From the NCBI RefSeq assembly GCF_000026545.1, contig NC_011601.1: a stretch of DNA of 64,000 nt, one strand, 5' to 3'. The stretch's first letter is position 1. Each line of letters opens with the position of its first letter. Position numbers and translations under genes: made by a program. Shown piece after piece: positions 9,828-22,505 of the stretch. This DNA is from Escherichia coli O127:H6 str. E2348/69. Its GTDB lineage: Bacteria; Pseudomonadota; Gammaproteobacteria; Enterobacterales; Enterobacteriaceae. The notes below the pieces were generated by a model that worked only from the letters and a program-made list of their open reading frames with translations, searched no databases and was not told the origin of the DNA.

Positions 9828-9899
9828 TTTTATGCCACATTTTATTTGGGGTCATTCCCTGATATTACGGGCACTATTTATTCAAAACTCTGACGAAAA

Positions 9900-9955
9900 A
9901 CAGGCTGTCGTCAGTTTTGACGTGACGAAACGAAATACCGCGTGACAGCCATCAC
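9900..9955 (-). promoter_or_regulatory. Putative enhancer (FhlA upstream activating sequence) for fdhF
   Basis: Inverted-repeat-rich segment (tgtcgtca / tgacgtgacg / cgtgacagcc) about 80-130 bp upstream of the sigma-54 element; assignment by position only. Confidence 0.4.
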
Positions 9956-9967
9956 GCGGCAGACATT

Positions 9968-11434
9968 TTATTTTTTCTCGACGACGGGAGCCGCCTGATA
10001 CCCGCCGCCCAGCGATTTCATCAACTGAATGCTTTGGATCACCCGGCGGCTGTCCAGCATCAGTAATGACATCTCTTCGGCAAGTACTGGCAACCGGGCT
10101 TCAGTGGCCTGTAAGCGGCTGGTTAAGCCGCGTTGATAGGCGGCCTCGGCAGCGCGCTGGGTGAAGCGCGTTGCTTCCACGCGTTCAGCCTGCATCTCTC
10201 GCTCGTCGTTGAGCGTTTGCAGACGCGTGCCGTTGACGGCAACGTCGCGCACCGCATTCAGCACTGACTGGTTGTAACGTTCAATCATCATGTTGCTGGC
10301 GGCGCGAATGCCTTCGAGATTGGCATTCAACCGTCCACCGTCAAACAGCGGCAATTTCAGACCCGGGATAAAGTTGAACTGGCGACTGGTTTTTTTGAAT
10401 AAGGTATCCAGGTGGATAGAATCCAGGCCGAAAAACGCTTTGATATCAAAGCTCGGGTAGAACAACGCCCGCGCGGAATCCACCTGATCTAATGACGCCT
10501 GAACATACCAGCGCATCGCTTGCAGATCCGGGCGTCTGGCGAGCAACTCATAAGAGAGTGTCGCCGGAATACCGGTCTGGACTCGTGGTAATGCCACCGG
10601 TTTGATCTCCGGCATATCGCTGGCTCCCGCGCCAATCAATGCGCGCAGAGATTCCCGCGTTTCAGTGATTTGCCCTTTGACGGCAGCAATTTGTTTATCG
10701 ACCGCCAGAATCTGTGCCCGCGCGCCGTGGAAAGGCACTTGCGCTTCCAGACCGTGCGCCACTTTACTCTGGTGCGCTTTCACCGCGTAATCAATCACAT
10801 CGCGAGTTTGTTCTAACAGATCGAGCATCTGATAGCTGGCCTGCATACTGTAATAAAGCTGCGCTACGCCCGTGGTCAGCGATAGCTCTACTGCTGCGGT
10901 TTCTGCCAGCGCGGCATTATGCGCGCCAATGGCGGCAGCAACCGCTGAGCGATGCACACCCCACAAATCGAGATCCAGTCCGGCAAACAAACCGACTGTG
11001 GCTTCCGTATAGTACGGCCCGTCCATCCCCAGTGCGGGCGCATCCATCGCATAAGGGCTTAAAAAGCCGTTCGCCGAGACACGTTGGCGGTTGAGCATCC
11101 CTAACGCTGCGACCTGTAATTGTGAACCGGCATCTAACAAATCGGCCTGCGACTGCGCTTTTTCTTCCCGCAGTTTCGCTTCGGCGAGGGTGTGTGAACC
11201 ACTTAGCGTCTGTTGGACCAGTGCATCCAACTGCGGGTCATTGAGTTGTTTCCACCACTGCGCCTGCGGCCAACCGGAGCTGGCAAGATGAATATCATCG
11301 GCCAGTTTGATTTGTTCCGGTTTGAGCTGTTGATGAGGCGCAGAATCCTTACGTACCAGGGCACAGCCGGAAATCAGCGTCGTGCTGCCGAGAATGCTGC
11401 ACAACAGCAGGCGTGAAAGTTGACGATTGATCAT
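9968..11434 (-). CDS. mdtP: Outer-membrane efflux channel (TolC/OprM family) of putative efflux pump
   Basis: 488 aa with lipoprotein-type signal (LISGCA); downstream of mdtO. Confidence 0.88.
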   Translation of the reverse strand: MINRQLSRLLLCSILGSTTLISGCALVRKDSAPHQQLKPEQIKLADDIHLASSGWPQAQWWKQLNDPQLDALVQQTLSGSHTLAEAKLREEKAQSQADLLDAGSQLQVAALGMLNRQRVSANGFLSPYAMDAPALGMDGPYYTEATVGLFAGLDLDLWGVHRSAVAAAIGAHNAALAETAAVELSLTTGVAQLYYSMQASYQMLDLLEQTRDVIDYAVKAHQSKVAHGLEAQVPFHGARAQILAVDKQIAAVKGQITETRESLRALIGAGASDMPEIKPVALPRVQTGIPATLSYELLARRPDLQAMRWYVQASLDQVDSARALFYPSFDIKAFFGLDSIHLDTLFKKTSRQFNFIPGLKLPLFDGGRLNANLEGIRAASNMMIERYNQSVLNAVRDVAVNGTRLQTLNDEREMQAERVEATRFTQRAAEAAYQRGLTSRLQATEARLPVLAEEMSLLMLDSRRVIQSIQLMKSLGGGYQAAPVVEKK

Positions 11435-13482
11435 TGCGTGGCTCCTTGTACCTGTTCCGTGGCGGGCGTTAATGCCGGGGCTGTCCAGTCTGGCAAGCGG
11501 GCGAAAAGCTGGCAGACGTGTTGCTCCTGTTTTAATAAGGTCGGCAGGATGGCCTGCGAGGCGGGTGTTTCTTCAAGCGTTATTTGAGGAGAACGGCTGA
11601 GTGCAGTTGCCAGACCGGCGGCGTATTTCTCCAGTGCGTCGGCAAACTGACCTGCTCTGTCCGGCTGTAGTGCGTTATCCAGAGCCTGCGCCGAGTTCCA
11701 GGTTGCATCCCAAGCGTGAAGAATATCGCGGCCCTGACGAATAACCGTTTGCGAACGTTCAATCAGTAAAGCGCGTTCTTCGCTGTCCAGTTGACGCTCC
11801 AGCGCCACGCGTTGGCACATCTCTTCACAGGCATTAAACGCCGCATGCAGACCTATGCGAATTTGCAGATAAGTGCGCAGAGCCGTGACTTCCTGCTGGC
11901 GTGGGATCCGCATTACTTTACTCAACATACCCAGCGCGCCAGCCAGTTTTTGCGGCAGCGTGCGCGCTTCACTTTCAGGCCAGACAAAGGTGTAAATCAC
12001 CGCGGACACCACGGTACCAATGATGATACCCAGGGCGCGATCGCGAATTTCCACCAGGTCGTACACCGGGCCAAAAACGTTTTCGAGCGTGGCGAGCGCG
12101 AAGGTGACCACCATCTGTGTGCCGATATAAGAAGAGCGTTCAGAGCTGGTGGCAATCCATGCGCCCAACAGGAAAATCGGTGCCAGCACAAACAGCAATT
12201 CGACAATATTGTCCAGCCAGGGCATGACCAGCAGCGTGAATAACAGCGCCAGAATTGCACCGCAGAAGGCACCGCCAAAACGCAGCGCCATTTTCTGATA
12301 CGACGAACCAACATTCGGGTTAGCGACGATCACGCAGGTCAGCATACAGGTGTGAATGCCTTCCCAGTCCACGCCGCTGTAGAAGGTGTAACAGATCAAA
12401 CAGGCGAGCAGCGTTTTTACCGCGTAGCGCATATAGTCTGGATTGGTAAAAGCGTCGGCGACCATTGATGGCGGTTTGGCGGCGGGCGTTGGCGGCGTAT
12501 TCGGGTCCATCTGACCCAGTTGCAATAACGTCTGGCAGATATTCTCCAGGTTACATTCCCGTGCCGCCATCGCTTCACTTTCACTGATCCGCCAGTCGCT
12601 TTGCCAGCACTGACCTTCGGTAATGGAATGCTGCAGCTTGTTGATTTCTGAAGCTAATTTTTGTCGGAATTCAATAATTGCCTGAGAATCAGCAAAAGAG
12701 GTGGGATCGTAGCGATTCAGCGTCGAGTAAATGTAGGTTACCGTTGTCACGCAGCTTTGCCACCATGCGCTCTGGGTTCGCCAGTTGGCATCGTCCGCGA
12801 GGCAAAAGACATTGAGTTTTTGCAGCGCCAGCGCCTCTCTTTCAATCCGCGTTTCGGGTAGCGGTGCGAGGCTGTCCGTCAGGTGGCTAATGGCATCATC
12901 AAGCCGATCATTAAGCGCCTGATGCATCTGCGTAATGGCACGACTGGGAAACCACAGCACGCCGATTAACGTCATCAGCAAGGTTGGATAGAGGCCAACA
13001 ACGATACACCAGAGCGTTAAGCGCACGACCACTTCCGGATAGTCGAGCATGGCGGGGAAGGTTTGCCCGTAAATAGCGACAATGGCGACGGCGAAAAAGA
13101 CCAGCCCCAACCGATGGGTGCGCATCAAAAACATACCGCCCATCAGGATCGGTCCGGCGATGATCAATCGGATCAACGGTTCGCCGTATGACCATTTGTA
13201 GATCAAAAACAGGCTGCCGATCTCCAGCATCGTGGCGACCACAAACAAGATCGCCACAAATTTGGTGTAAAACGCGTTGGACTGAATACCGTAAAACAGC
13301 ACTGCCAGCGATAACGCCACAAAAGGGATCTCAAAAGTCATCGAGATCAGAATCACCAGCAGGCAGCCTACCCAGAGTTGCATAGTCTGCGGCACGCGGC
13401 CTGGTCGCCGCTCGCTTAACTCTTCATGAAAGAACGCCAGCAGCCTGACCACCGGTAATGGCAGGGAGTTGAGCGCGCTCAT
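11431..13482 (-). CDS. mdtO: Inner-membrane efflux component (AaeB/fusaric-acid-resistance family)
   Basis: 683 aa polytopic membrane protein; 4-nt overlap with mdtP. Confidence 0.88.
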   Translation of the reverse strand: MSALNSLPLPVVRLLAFFHEELSERRPGRVPQTMQLWVGCLLVILISMTFEIPFVALSLAVLFYGIQSNAFYTKFVAILFVVATMLEIGSLFLIYKWSYGEPLIRLIIAGPILMGGMFLMRTHRLGLVFFAVAIVAIYGQTFPAMLDYPEVVVRLTLWCIVVGLYPTLLMTLIGVLWFPSRAITQMHQALNDRLDDAISHLTDSLAPLPETRIEREALALQKLNVFCLADDANWRTQSAWWQSCVTTVTYIYSTLNRYDPTSFADSQAIIEFRQKLASEINKLQHSITEGQCWQSDWRISESEAMAARECNLENICQTLLQLGQMDPNTPPTPAAKPPSMVADAFTNPDYMRYAVKTLLACLICYTFYSGVDWEGIHTCMLTCVIVANPNVGSSYQKMALRFGGAFCGAILALLFTLLVMPWLDNIVELLFVLAPIFLLGAWIATSSERSSYIGTQMVVTFALATLENVFGPVYDLVEIRDRALGIIIGTVVSAVIYTFVWPESEARTLPQKLAGALGMLSKVMRIPRQQEVTALRTYLQIRIGLHAAFNACEEMCQRVALERQLDSEERALLIERSQTVIRQGRDILHAWDATWNSAQALDNALQPDRAGQFADALEKYAAGLATALSRSPQITLEETPASQAILPTLLKQEQHVCQLFARLPDWTAPALTPATEQVQGATQ

Positions 13483-14513
13483 TATTGCGGCTCAAGATTA
13501 GCGACTGCCGAAGCGCCGATGCGGAACATTTCCGGGTCAGGTTTTTCAACCATGATTTTGACCGGAAAACGCTGGGCAACGCGGACCCAGTTAATAGAAC
13601 GAGACACTTTCGGCAGGCCGCCCAGCACCAGGCCGCCGTCATCCGGTAGCACGCCGTAGCCAATCGAATCCACTTTACCCTCGAAGGTTTTGCCGCTGTT
13701 GCTCATCAGGCGAATCGTTGCGGGTGTACCTGAGCGAATATTTTTCAGTTCGGTTTCGCGGAAGTTGGCAATCACGTACCAGTGACGAGTGTCGATTAGG
13801 GTGAAAATAGGGCGCATCGCAGATGCAAACTGCCCGACGGAGGTTTTGAGGGAAATGACCCGGCCATCAAACGGCGCGCGAACGGTCGCCATTTCCAGAT
13901 GCAGTTTGGTCAGGGCAATATCTGCTTCCACTGCCGCACGCTGGGCAACTAATGCATCCACGCCGCTAACGGCGCTGGCGGCTGACTGCGCTTGTAACAA
14001 TACGGCATTAAGGTCCGCTTCTGCCGCACGCTGTGCGGTTCTTGCACGGTCAACCTCTTCCGCAGAAACAAAACCTTCTCGCAGTAGCGGTTCGGTACGG
14101 CGTAACGTATCGCTGGCTTGTTTAGCGGCGGCACGGGCTTTTTCTACCGTGGCATTAACCGAGTCGGCACCAAACTGTTGTGCGTCAACGCTACGCTGGG
14201 TGAGCATAATTTGCTTATCCAGCGCTGCGAGGGAGGCTTCAGCTTTCGCCAGATTGGCTTCGTACGGGCGCGGATCAATGCGGAACAGCAAATCGCCCTG
14301 TTTCACCGCCTGGTTGTCGGTGACCGCCAGTTCTACAATGCGACCGCTGACTTCCGGCACCACATCAATGGTATCTGCTGACGCGTAAGCGTCATTAGTT
14401 GATGGCGCACTGTCTACGCGCCAGATAACGAAAACAAGGGCAACCAGCGCCAACGCAACCACTAACAGAGCAGGGAATTTACTGCGAGGAGCTTTTTTCG
14501 GCGTACTTTCCAT
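13482..14513 (-). CDS. mdtN: Membrane fusion (HlyD/EmrA-like) efflux component
   Basis: 343 aa with single N-terminal TM segment and coiled-coil region. Confidence 0.88.
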   Translation of the reverse strand: MESTPKKAPRSKFPALLVVALALVALVFVIWRVDSAPSTNDAYASADTIDVVPEVSGRIVELAVTDNQAVKQGDLLFRIDPRPYEANLAKAEASLAALDKQIMLTQRSVDAQQFGADSVNATVEKARAAAKQASDTLRRTEPLLREGFVSAEEVDRARTAQRAAEADLNAVLLQAQSAASAVSGVDALVAQRAAVEADIALTKLHLEMATVRAPFDGRVISLKTSVGQFASAMRPIFTLIDTRHWYVIANFRETELKNIRSGTPATIRLMSNSGKTFEGKVDSIGYGVLPDDGGLVLGGLPKVSRSINWVRVAQRFPVKIMVEKPDPEMFRIGASAVANLEPQ

Positions 14514-14531
14514 GAGCGCGTCTCAAATAGA

Positions 14532-14807
14532 TTAGAAAAATACCAGCCAGAACAGCATGGCGTAGAGAGCAAAAAGGGCGGTATAAATAATTCCGACAAA
14601 TGCCAGATTGATATTTGTCCGCTGAATAATTCGCCTCGTGATGAGCGTCAAAATAAGGCTGGCAATGGCGCAGAAAAACCAGCCGGGATAATAAGCGCCG
14701 ATCACCGGGATTGCCGGAGATAATGAGCATCCCGAAACCATGAAGACGGGAATTATCCAGGCTGTTTTTTTGAGTTGCATCGCCATGCGAGAGAGAACTG
14801 TTGGCAT
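14532..14807 (-). CDS. ytcA: Small lipoprotein upstream of mdtNOP
   Basis: Internal ATG MPTVLSRMAMQLKKTAWIIPVFMVSGC with lipobox; track ORF extends 16 codons upstream. Confidence 0.7.
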   Translation of the reverse strand: MPTVLSRMAMQLKKTAWIIPVFMVSGCSLSPAIPVIGAYYPGWFFCAIASLILTLITRRIIQRTNINLAFVGIIYTALFALYAMLFWLVFF

Positions 14808-14983
14808 ATTAAATACATCCTGTCTGCTGCGAACAATATCTGTAGTGAATATCAATATCCATTGAAGGCGTCAGTATGGCTATTTTCTCGATGAATAAAA
14901 ATAGCTTTATTCAGCCACCACATTCATAACTTATATATTTTATGTATTAATTTGCTGTATATATTTTTAAAATAAATGTTTTT

Positions 14984-15001
14984 GGGGGCTTCAGCGCCCC
15001 C
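14984..15001. terminator. GC hairpin (gggggc-ttcagc-gccccc) flanked by T/A runs, possible terminator after yjcS
   Basis: Read directly; U-tract geometry is imperfect. Confidence 0.35.
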
Positions 15002-15015
15002 AAAAGCGAGTGACA

Positions 15016-17001
15016 TTAATTTGGGGTTACGATATTCACCCACAAATCGAAATTATCCAGACAGGCGATAATTTCTTCCAGTTTCGCGCCATTGCCAATA
15101 ATTTTGGCTTTCTTCGCTTTCACCAGATCGGCCATTTTTGCCTGTCCGGTCAGCACGGCGTGCAGATCTTCACGGCTGATGTAGAAAGAGGCGTCAGCTT
15201 GCGGTTGCAGTGTTTTACGGTAGTTAAGCACGCTATTGTTGAGTGAGAGGTTCAGGTTATCGTTGTCAGAGAGATTGAAGTTCAGGCTGATGGATTTGCC
15301 CGCGGCTTTCTCACTGTCCAGACGAACAGCCATGTAATCAAACAGCATCTCGACAGTCATACTCTTGATAGTGTCAGGAGAGGCGGTGCTGGCGTGTTCG
15401 ATTTTCTTCACGCCCTCACGAAGTTCTTTCGCTCCCGTCAGGTAGAAGCCGCGCCAGGTCGCTGATTCGGCCTGATAACCCAGTTGTTCGAAGGTATCGG
15501 CCTGTAGGTTTTTCGCCACCTGGTCTCCCGGATTGGCAGCAATCACCTGTTTCAGCAGTTCAGAGGCCCAGCGGTAGTCGCCCTGGTTATAGGCTTCACG
15601 CGCCAGATTGATAGCATGTGCGGAACCTCCCAGCGCTTTGACATAACGTTTACCCATATCGACCTGGCCATACGGATTCAGGTTTGCTGGGTTACCGTCG
15701 TAGTAGCCGAGGTAAAAGTTATATACCGCGCGAGCGTTATGACTGACGGAGCCATAATAGCCATGGCTGGCCCAGTTTTTATCCAGCGTTTCCGGCAGAT
15801 GAATCATGTTGCCGATTTCATTCATGGTGTAACCCTGGTTCGCCAGGTGCAGGGTTTGGTCGTGAATATACCTGATGGTGTCGCGATATTTTCCAATATA
15901 ATCATTGATATGCTGATTACCCCAGACCGGCCAGGTGTGCGGCATAAACAGTACTTCTGCTTGTGATCCCCACTTATCCAGCGTTTCGTTTAGGTAATTG
16001 GTCCACTTCGCGGTATCGCGGGTTTTCGCGCCACGCAGGGTGTAGAAGTTATGCAGGGTATGGGTGCTGTTTTCCGCTGTGCACAGGGCTTTCAACGCCG
16101 GAATATAGAGGTGCATTTCAGACGGCGCTTCGCTGCCTGGAGCCATCAGGAATTCGAAATCCAGCCCGTCGATATTGAGTTTCTCACCTGTCTTGGTGAT
16201 AGATCGCGTCGGCGCGATAATTGTCGGGTCGCCGGTAGTAAGCGTAACACCCAGCCCGTTGCCGATATCTCCCTGTGCATTATGCGGGAGTAGCAGGCCG
16301 TAAGAGTAAAATGCACGGCGACTCATGATATTACCCGCCAGCACGTTTTCACTGATGGCTTCGTCCATAAAGCCTGCCGGGGCGATGATCTGCACTTTGC
16401 CTGCTTTTACATCGGCTTCTGAGATAATACCTTTTACGCCGCCATAGTGGTCAGTGTGGCTGTGGGTGTAGATAACGGCCACAATCGGTTTTTGTGGGCG
16501 GTGTTTGAAATAGAGATTAAGGCTGGCTTTTGCTGCATTTGGCGTCACCAGCGGGTCAATGACGATGATGCCCGTATCACCTTCAATGAAGGTGATGTTC
16601 GAGATATCCTGGCTGCGCACCTGATACATGCGGTCGGTGACTTTAAACAGACCGGAGATGCCGTTTATCTGCGACTGACGCCACAGGCTGGGGTTTACGG
16701 TTTCCGGCGCAGCGGCATTAATATCAAATTTGTAATCGTCCGCGCGGTAGTAAACTTTACCGTTCGCATCACGCAGAATACCTTCATCCAGCAGCGGAGC
16801 GATAAATCCACGCTGCGCATCGTCAAAATCCTGACGATCGCTAAACGGTAATGATTTGGCGTAATTCTGATTAACCTGTTGGGTATATTGAGTGGCGGCT
16901 TTCGCTTCATCTGTTGCGTAAGCGGTATTTATCATCATGCCGCTGGCGGCAGTGAACGCAATAACAATCCTGCTCAAACGGAATAACCGAGAGTTATTCA
17001 T
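15016..17001 (-). CDS. yjcS: Alkyl/aryl sulfatase-like metallo-beta-lactamase-fold protein
   Basis: Signal peptide plus HxHxDH motif ([11 protein letters not shown]); start chosen at MNNSRLF, 4 codons inside the track ORF. Confidence 0.85.
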   Translation of the reverse strand: MNNSRLFRLSRIVIAFTAASGMMINTAYATDEAKAATQYTQQVNQNYAKSLPFSDRQDFDDAQRGFIAPLLDEGILRDANGKVYYRADDYKFDINAAAPETVNPSLWRQSQINGISGLFKVTDRMYQVRSQDISNITFIEGDTGIIVIDPLVTPNAAKASLNLYFKHRPQKPIVAVIYTHSHTDHYGGVKGIISEADVKAGKVQIIAPAGFMDEAISENVLAGNIMSRRAFYSYGLLLPHNAQGDIGNGLGVTLTTGDPTIIAPTRSITKTGEKLNIDGLDFEFLMAPGSEAPSEMHLYIPALKALCTAENSTHTLHNFYTLRGAKTRDTAKWTNYLNETLDKWGSQAEVLFMPHTWPVWGNQHINDYIGKYRDTIRYIHDQTLHLANQGYTMNEIGNMIHLPETLDKNWASHGYYGSVSHNARAVYNFYLGYYDGNPANLNPYGQVDMGKRYVKALGGSAHAINLAREAYNQGDYRWASELLKQVIAANPGDQVAKNLQADTFEQLGYQAESATWRGFYLTGAKELREGVKKIEHASTASPDTIKSMTVEMLFDYMAVRLDSEKAAGKSISLNFNLSDNDNLNLSLNNSVLNYRKTLQPQADASFYISREDLHAVLTGQAKMADLVKAKKAKIIGNGAKLEEIIACLDNFDLWVNIVTPN

Positions 17002-17273
17002 ATAAATCTCCATTTATCATTTATGTCGTAAATATGTAATCCATGCAAAATACGTCATTTAAAGCTGGCGTTATCATAATTGGGAATTTGCGAATTTAAT
17101 AAGTGGAAGTGTGAGCGGAACGATCCATTTCATTAGGTATTTGTGCTGAAGAGGGAAAATTGCAGTAGAACTATCATTTCTGGGAATAATATGGGCTGTT
17201 TTATGTAACTATTATATATATTGTACCTGTCGTTGGCACCGCGAGACATTGCGCTACTGTGCCAACGCTTTAC

Positions 17274-18882
<1,609 letters not shown>

Positions 18883-18892
18883 GTTCAATTCC

Positions 18893-19873
18893 TTACTTAC
18901 TGATAAGACGGTCAAGGGCGACAGCCGCGATAATTAATCCGCCCATCACCACCAGTTGGTAATAGGTTTGTACCTGCAAAATATTCAGACCGTTGTTGAT
19001 GGTGCCGATGATCAACCCGCCAATCACCACAGAGAAAATGCGCCCCTTGCCGCCGAAGAAACTGGTGCCGCCAATGATGGCGCTGGCAATGGCATAGGTT
19101 TCAAAACCCATACCGGCAAGCGGTTCTGCGGCACCGAGTCGTGCAGTTGAGACGACGCCTGCCAGACCTGCACAAACACCGGAGATGATAAACACCACCA
19201 GAATGTGGAATTTCACGTCAATCCCGGAATAGAACGCCGAGTTTTTGTTGCCGCCCAGTGCGTAGATGTTGCGCCCGAGCCGCATACGCGTTGTCAGAAA
19301 CCAAAGGATGAGCGCGACAATTAGCGAGAAGATAACGGGGACAGGTATCCCAATTACGCTGGCGGCAAAGAAGTTCACGAAGTCAAATGAGAAGCCGTAT
19401 ACCGAGTTGGCATCGGAGATCACCAGCGTGATCCCACGGAAAATGGCGTTGGTACCAAGGGTGATAATAAATGGGTGTAGCCCCGTCCAGTTGACCAGGC
19501 AGCCGTTGATCGCCCCCAGTGCGCCGCCAACCAGTACACCGCCAATCAGCGCCGCGAGAAACGGGTCAACACCTGCCAACATCAGTTTGGCGGTCACCAT
19601 ACCGGAAAGCGCCAGAATCGCGCCAACCGAGAGGTCGATACCAGCGACCAGGATAGCGAAAAACTCGCCCATGCCGATCAATACCGTCACGGAGCTTTGC
19701 ACAAAAATCTGGGTAATATTATTGGTGGTCAGAAAATATTCTGGCGACAGCGAACCAAAAATGGCGACGATGATCGCCAGGATAAAAAAGGTGCCGTATT
19801 TATCCCAGAACAGCGCAAAGTTGAACGGTTTCTTCTCGCTCGCTTCGCTTTTTACTCGTGTGGTAAAGCCCAT
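18893..19873 (-). CDS. alsC: D-allose ABC transporter permease
   Basis: 326 aa ribose-type permease. Confidence 0.9.
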   Translation of the reverse strand: MGFTTRVKSEASEKKPFNFALFWDKYGTFFILAIIVAIFGSLSPEYFLTTNNITQIFVQSSVTVLIGMGEFFAILVAGIDLSVGAILALSGMVTAKLMLAGVDPFLAALIGGVLVGGALGAINGCLVNWTGLHPFIITLGTNAIFRGITLVISDANSVYGFSFDFVNFFAASVIGIPVPVIFSLIVALILWFLTTRMRLGRNIYALGGNKNSAFYSGIDVKFHILVVFIISGVCAGLAGVVSTARLGAAEPLAGMGFETYAIASAIIGGTSFFGGKGRIFSVVIGGLIIGTINNGLNILQVQTYYQLVVMGGLIIAAVALDRLISK

Positions 19874-21384
19874 GCCATAATCTCCTCTTCGCTCATGTCA
19901 TCGCGATTGGTCAGGATTTGCGTCAGTCGTCCTTCGCAGAACACGGCGATGCGGTCGCAGACGGTGATAATTTCAGGTAGTTCAGATGACACCATCAGGA
20001 TGACTTTTCCGTCGTCCGCCAGTTGGCGCATCACTTTGTAAATTTCGGCTTTCGCGCCAACGTCGATGCCACGGGTAGGTTCATCGAAAATGATCACTTC
20101 CGGGTGACAGCACAGCCATTTGGAGATCAGGACTTTCTGCTGATTCCCCCCGGAGAGTTCGGTGATATTCTGGTTTATCGAATGACATTTCAGCGCCAGC
20201 AGTTCGCGTTGATTTTCAGCGGTACGTTGCTCGTCAACTTCATGAAACAAGCCCATCGCGCCTTTATAGCCGCCGTCTTTCAGACTGCGGCTGATCGCCA
20301 TGTTCTGAGCGATGGAAAAGTTGGGGAAAAAACCGTTATCCCGGCGGCTTTCAGTGATGTAAGCCATCCCTTTTTTCACGGCATCCAGGGGTGAGCGTGG
20401 AGAGATATCTTTGTCATTAAGACGGATTTCTCCGCCAGCGCGTTTATCAACGCCAAACAGGCAGTTCATCAGTTCAGTACGTCCGGAACCGACCAGTCCG
20501 GCAAAGCCTAATATTTCTCCCCGGCAGACGCTAAATGAGATATCCCGGACCTTTTTTCTGTCACGGCTGGTGACGTTGCGCACCTCAAAAACCGTATCGT
20601 GCGCAAGGTTGCTGACATTCTCCTTCATCGCGTTAAAACGGTTTTGCAGTTCGCGGCCTACCATCAGACGGACGATATCGTCATTTGACACATCGCTCAC
20701 CATGCCGCTGCAAACGCTGCTGCCGTCTTTCATCACCGTATAGCGGTCGCAAATACGGCGAATTTCCGCCAACTTATGCGAGATATAGACGATGGCCGTA
20801 CCCTCTTTACGCAACTGATTCATGATCAGAAACAGATAGTCCACCTCTTTATTGGTGAGTGAGGAGGTGGGTTCATCCATGATGATGACTTTGGCGTCGA
20901 GCATCAGCGTTTTGGCAATTTCCAGCATCTGCTTGTGGCTGATAGATAAGTTCGCCACTTTCTCATCTAAATCAACTTTCAAGCCCACGCGTAATAACAT
21001 CATGGCGGCGCGGACACGCATTTCTCGCCAGTCGATAATATTGACGCCACAGATTTTTTTCGTCAGATGACGACCAATATATAAATTTTCCAGTACGGTT
21101 AATTCATCAATAACGCTGAGTTCCTGATAAATGATCCCGATACCGAGTTGTGTCGCTAATTTATGATCCAGCTTGTTATAGTTAATGTTATTAATGGTAA
21201 TGGTGCCTTTGGTTGGCTCATGTATTCCGGATAACACTTTCATTAGCGTGGATTTACCCGCGCCATTTTCTCCTAGTAATGCATGTATTTCACCAGGATA
21301 AACCGTTAAATTAACCGACTTTAATGCGTGAACCGGACCAAAGGACTTGCCGATCCCCGCCATCGATATATATGGCGTGGCCAT
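19852..21384 (-). CDS. alsA: D-allose ABC transporter ATPase (duplicated ATP-binding domains)
   Basis: 510 aa with two nucleotide-binding domains (GENGAGKST). Confidence 0.92.
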   Translation of the reverse strand: MATPYISMAGIGKSFGPVHALKSVNLTVYPGEIHALLGENGAGKSTLMKVLSGIHEPTKGTITINNINYNKLDHKLATQLGIGIIYQELSVIDELTVLENLYIGRHLTKKICGVNIIDWREMRVRAAMMLLRVGLKVDLDEKVANLSISHKQMLEIAKTLMLDAKVIIMDEPTSSLTNKEVDYLFLIMNQLRKEGTAIVYISHKLAEIRRICDRYTVMKDGSSVCSGMVSDVSNDDIVRLMVGRELQNRFNAMKENVSNLAHDTVFEVRNVTSRDRKKVRDISFSVCRGEILGFAGLVGSGRTELMNCLFGVDKRAGGEIRLNDKDISPRSPLDAVKKGMAYITESRRDNGFFPNFSIAQNMAISRSLKDGGYKGAMGLFHEVDEQRTAENQRELLALKCHSINQNITELSGGNQQKVLISKWLCCHPEVIIFDEPTRGIDVGAKAEIYKVMRQLADDGKVILMVSSELPEIITVCDRIAVFCEGRLTQILTNRDDMSEEEIMAWALPHE

Positions 21385-21511
21385 AAATAACCTCTCTGCA
21401 CGAAATATCGTATTATTGCCTGATGGGCTACACTTATCAGGTCTACGTTCAGGTTATTTTGTTGGCCGGATAAGACACTTCATTAGCATCACTATCCGGC
21501 ATCATTCAGTT

Positions 21512-22447
21512 TTATTGAGTGACCAGGATTGAATCGACCAGTTTAAATTCCGGTGCTTTATCCAGCGGGATAACCTTGCCGGATTTCTCAGCGTCAACCA
21601 TCAGCTTCAGACCCGTTGCACCGATATCCGCCGGGTTCTGGGCAACCGTCGCGGTCATTTGTCCGGCTTCCACCATTTTGCGGGCTTCCGGAATTCCATC
21701 TGTACCGACGACCAACACTTTGCCCGTTTTTCCAGCGTTTGCGACTGCCTGAGCAACACCCATTGCCATCGTGTCATTCGCGCAATAGATCGCTTTAATA
21801 TTCGGATTACGTTGCAACACGTTAGTGGCGACATCCAGTGCTTTAATGCGGTCCCAGTCGGCAGGCTGGCTGGCGACAAGCTTGATCTGGCTTGCTTTTT
21901 TGAAGGCTTCGGTGGCACCATTACGACGCGCTTCACCGGAGGCGTTACCGGCTTTACCCTCAATGATTGCGACTTCACCCCCTTCGGCACCCAGCTTGTC
22001 AATAATCAATGACGCGCCTTTCGCCCCGACGGCAACATTATCGGTGGTGACAAAACCTTCCACATTACCGCCTGCTTTTTTCAGATTATCCATGTCGATT
22101 TTTTCATCGAGATTGACCAGATAAATGCCTTTTTTCCATGCGCGGGCAACAGGCATGACCAGGTTCACTGAGGATAATGGTGCGAAGGCGATACCTTTGT
22201 AATTTTTATTACTGAGATCTTCAAATAACTGCAATTGAGATTGAAAATCGCCTTCTGAAGGAGAGGCAAAAATATCAACGCTGACGCCCAGCGTTTTTGC
22301 TTCATCTTCAATGCCTTTTTTCATATCTACCCAAAATGGATTGGAGAGTGTTTTCAATACGACGGCATATTCGGCGGCAGCAAAAGCGCTGGTTGACAAC
22401 ATTAAGCCCACGAGTGTGCCGCTGAAATATTTCAGATATTTATTCAT
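21512..22447 (-). CDS. alsB: D-allose periplasmic binding protein
   Basis: Signal peptide; ribose-binding-protein family; start at MNKYLKYF. Confidence 0.9.
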   Translation of the reverse strand: MNKYLKYFSGTLVGLMLSTSAFAAAEYAVVLKTLSNPFWVDMKKGIEDEAKTLGVSVDIFASPSEGDFQSQLQLFEDLSNKNYKGIAFAPLSSVNLVMPVARAWKKGIYLVNLDEKIDMDNLKKAGGNVEGFVTTDNVAVGAKGASLIIDKLGAEGGEVAIIEGKAGNASGEARRNGATEAFKKASQIKLVASQPADWDRIKALDVATNVLQRNPNIKAIYCANDTMAMGVAQAVANAGKTGKVLVVGTDGIPEARKMVEAGQMTATVAQNPADIGATGLKLMVDAEKSGKVIPLDKAPEFKLVDSILVTQ

Positions 22448-22505
22448 AATCATGTTCTCACGGTAAGGGGAGAGGTAACTCCGCGATGGCGGAATTACCT
22501 TTTTC

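Noticed and set aside
7333-13590. 14-nt exact repeat gttaatagaacgag at ~7335 and ~13577
   Set aside because: A single 14-mer match is expected by chance several times in 64 kb on two strands; one copy is inside the mdtN coding sequence.
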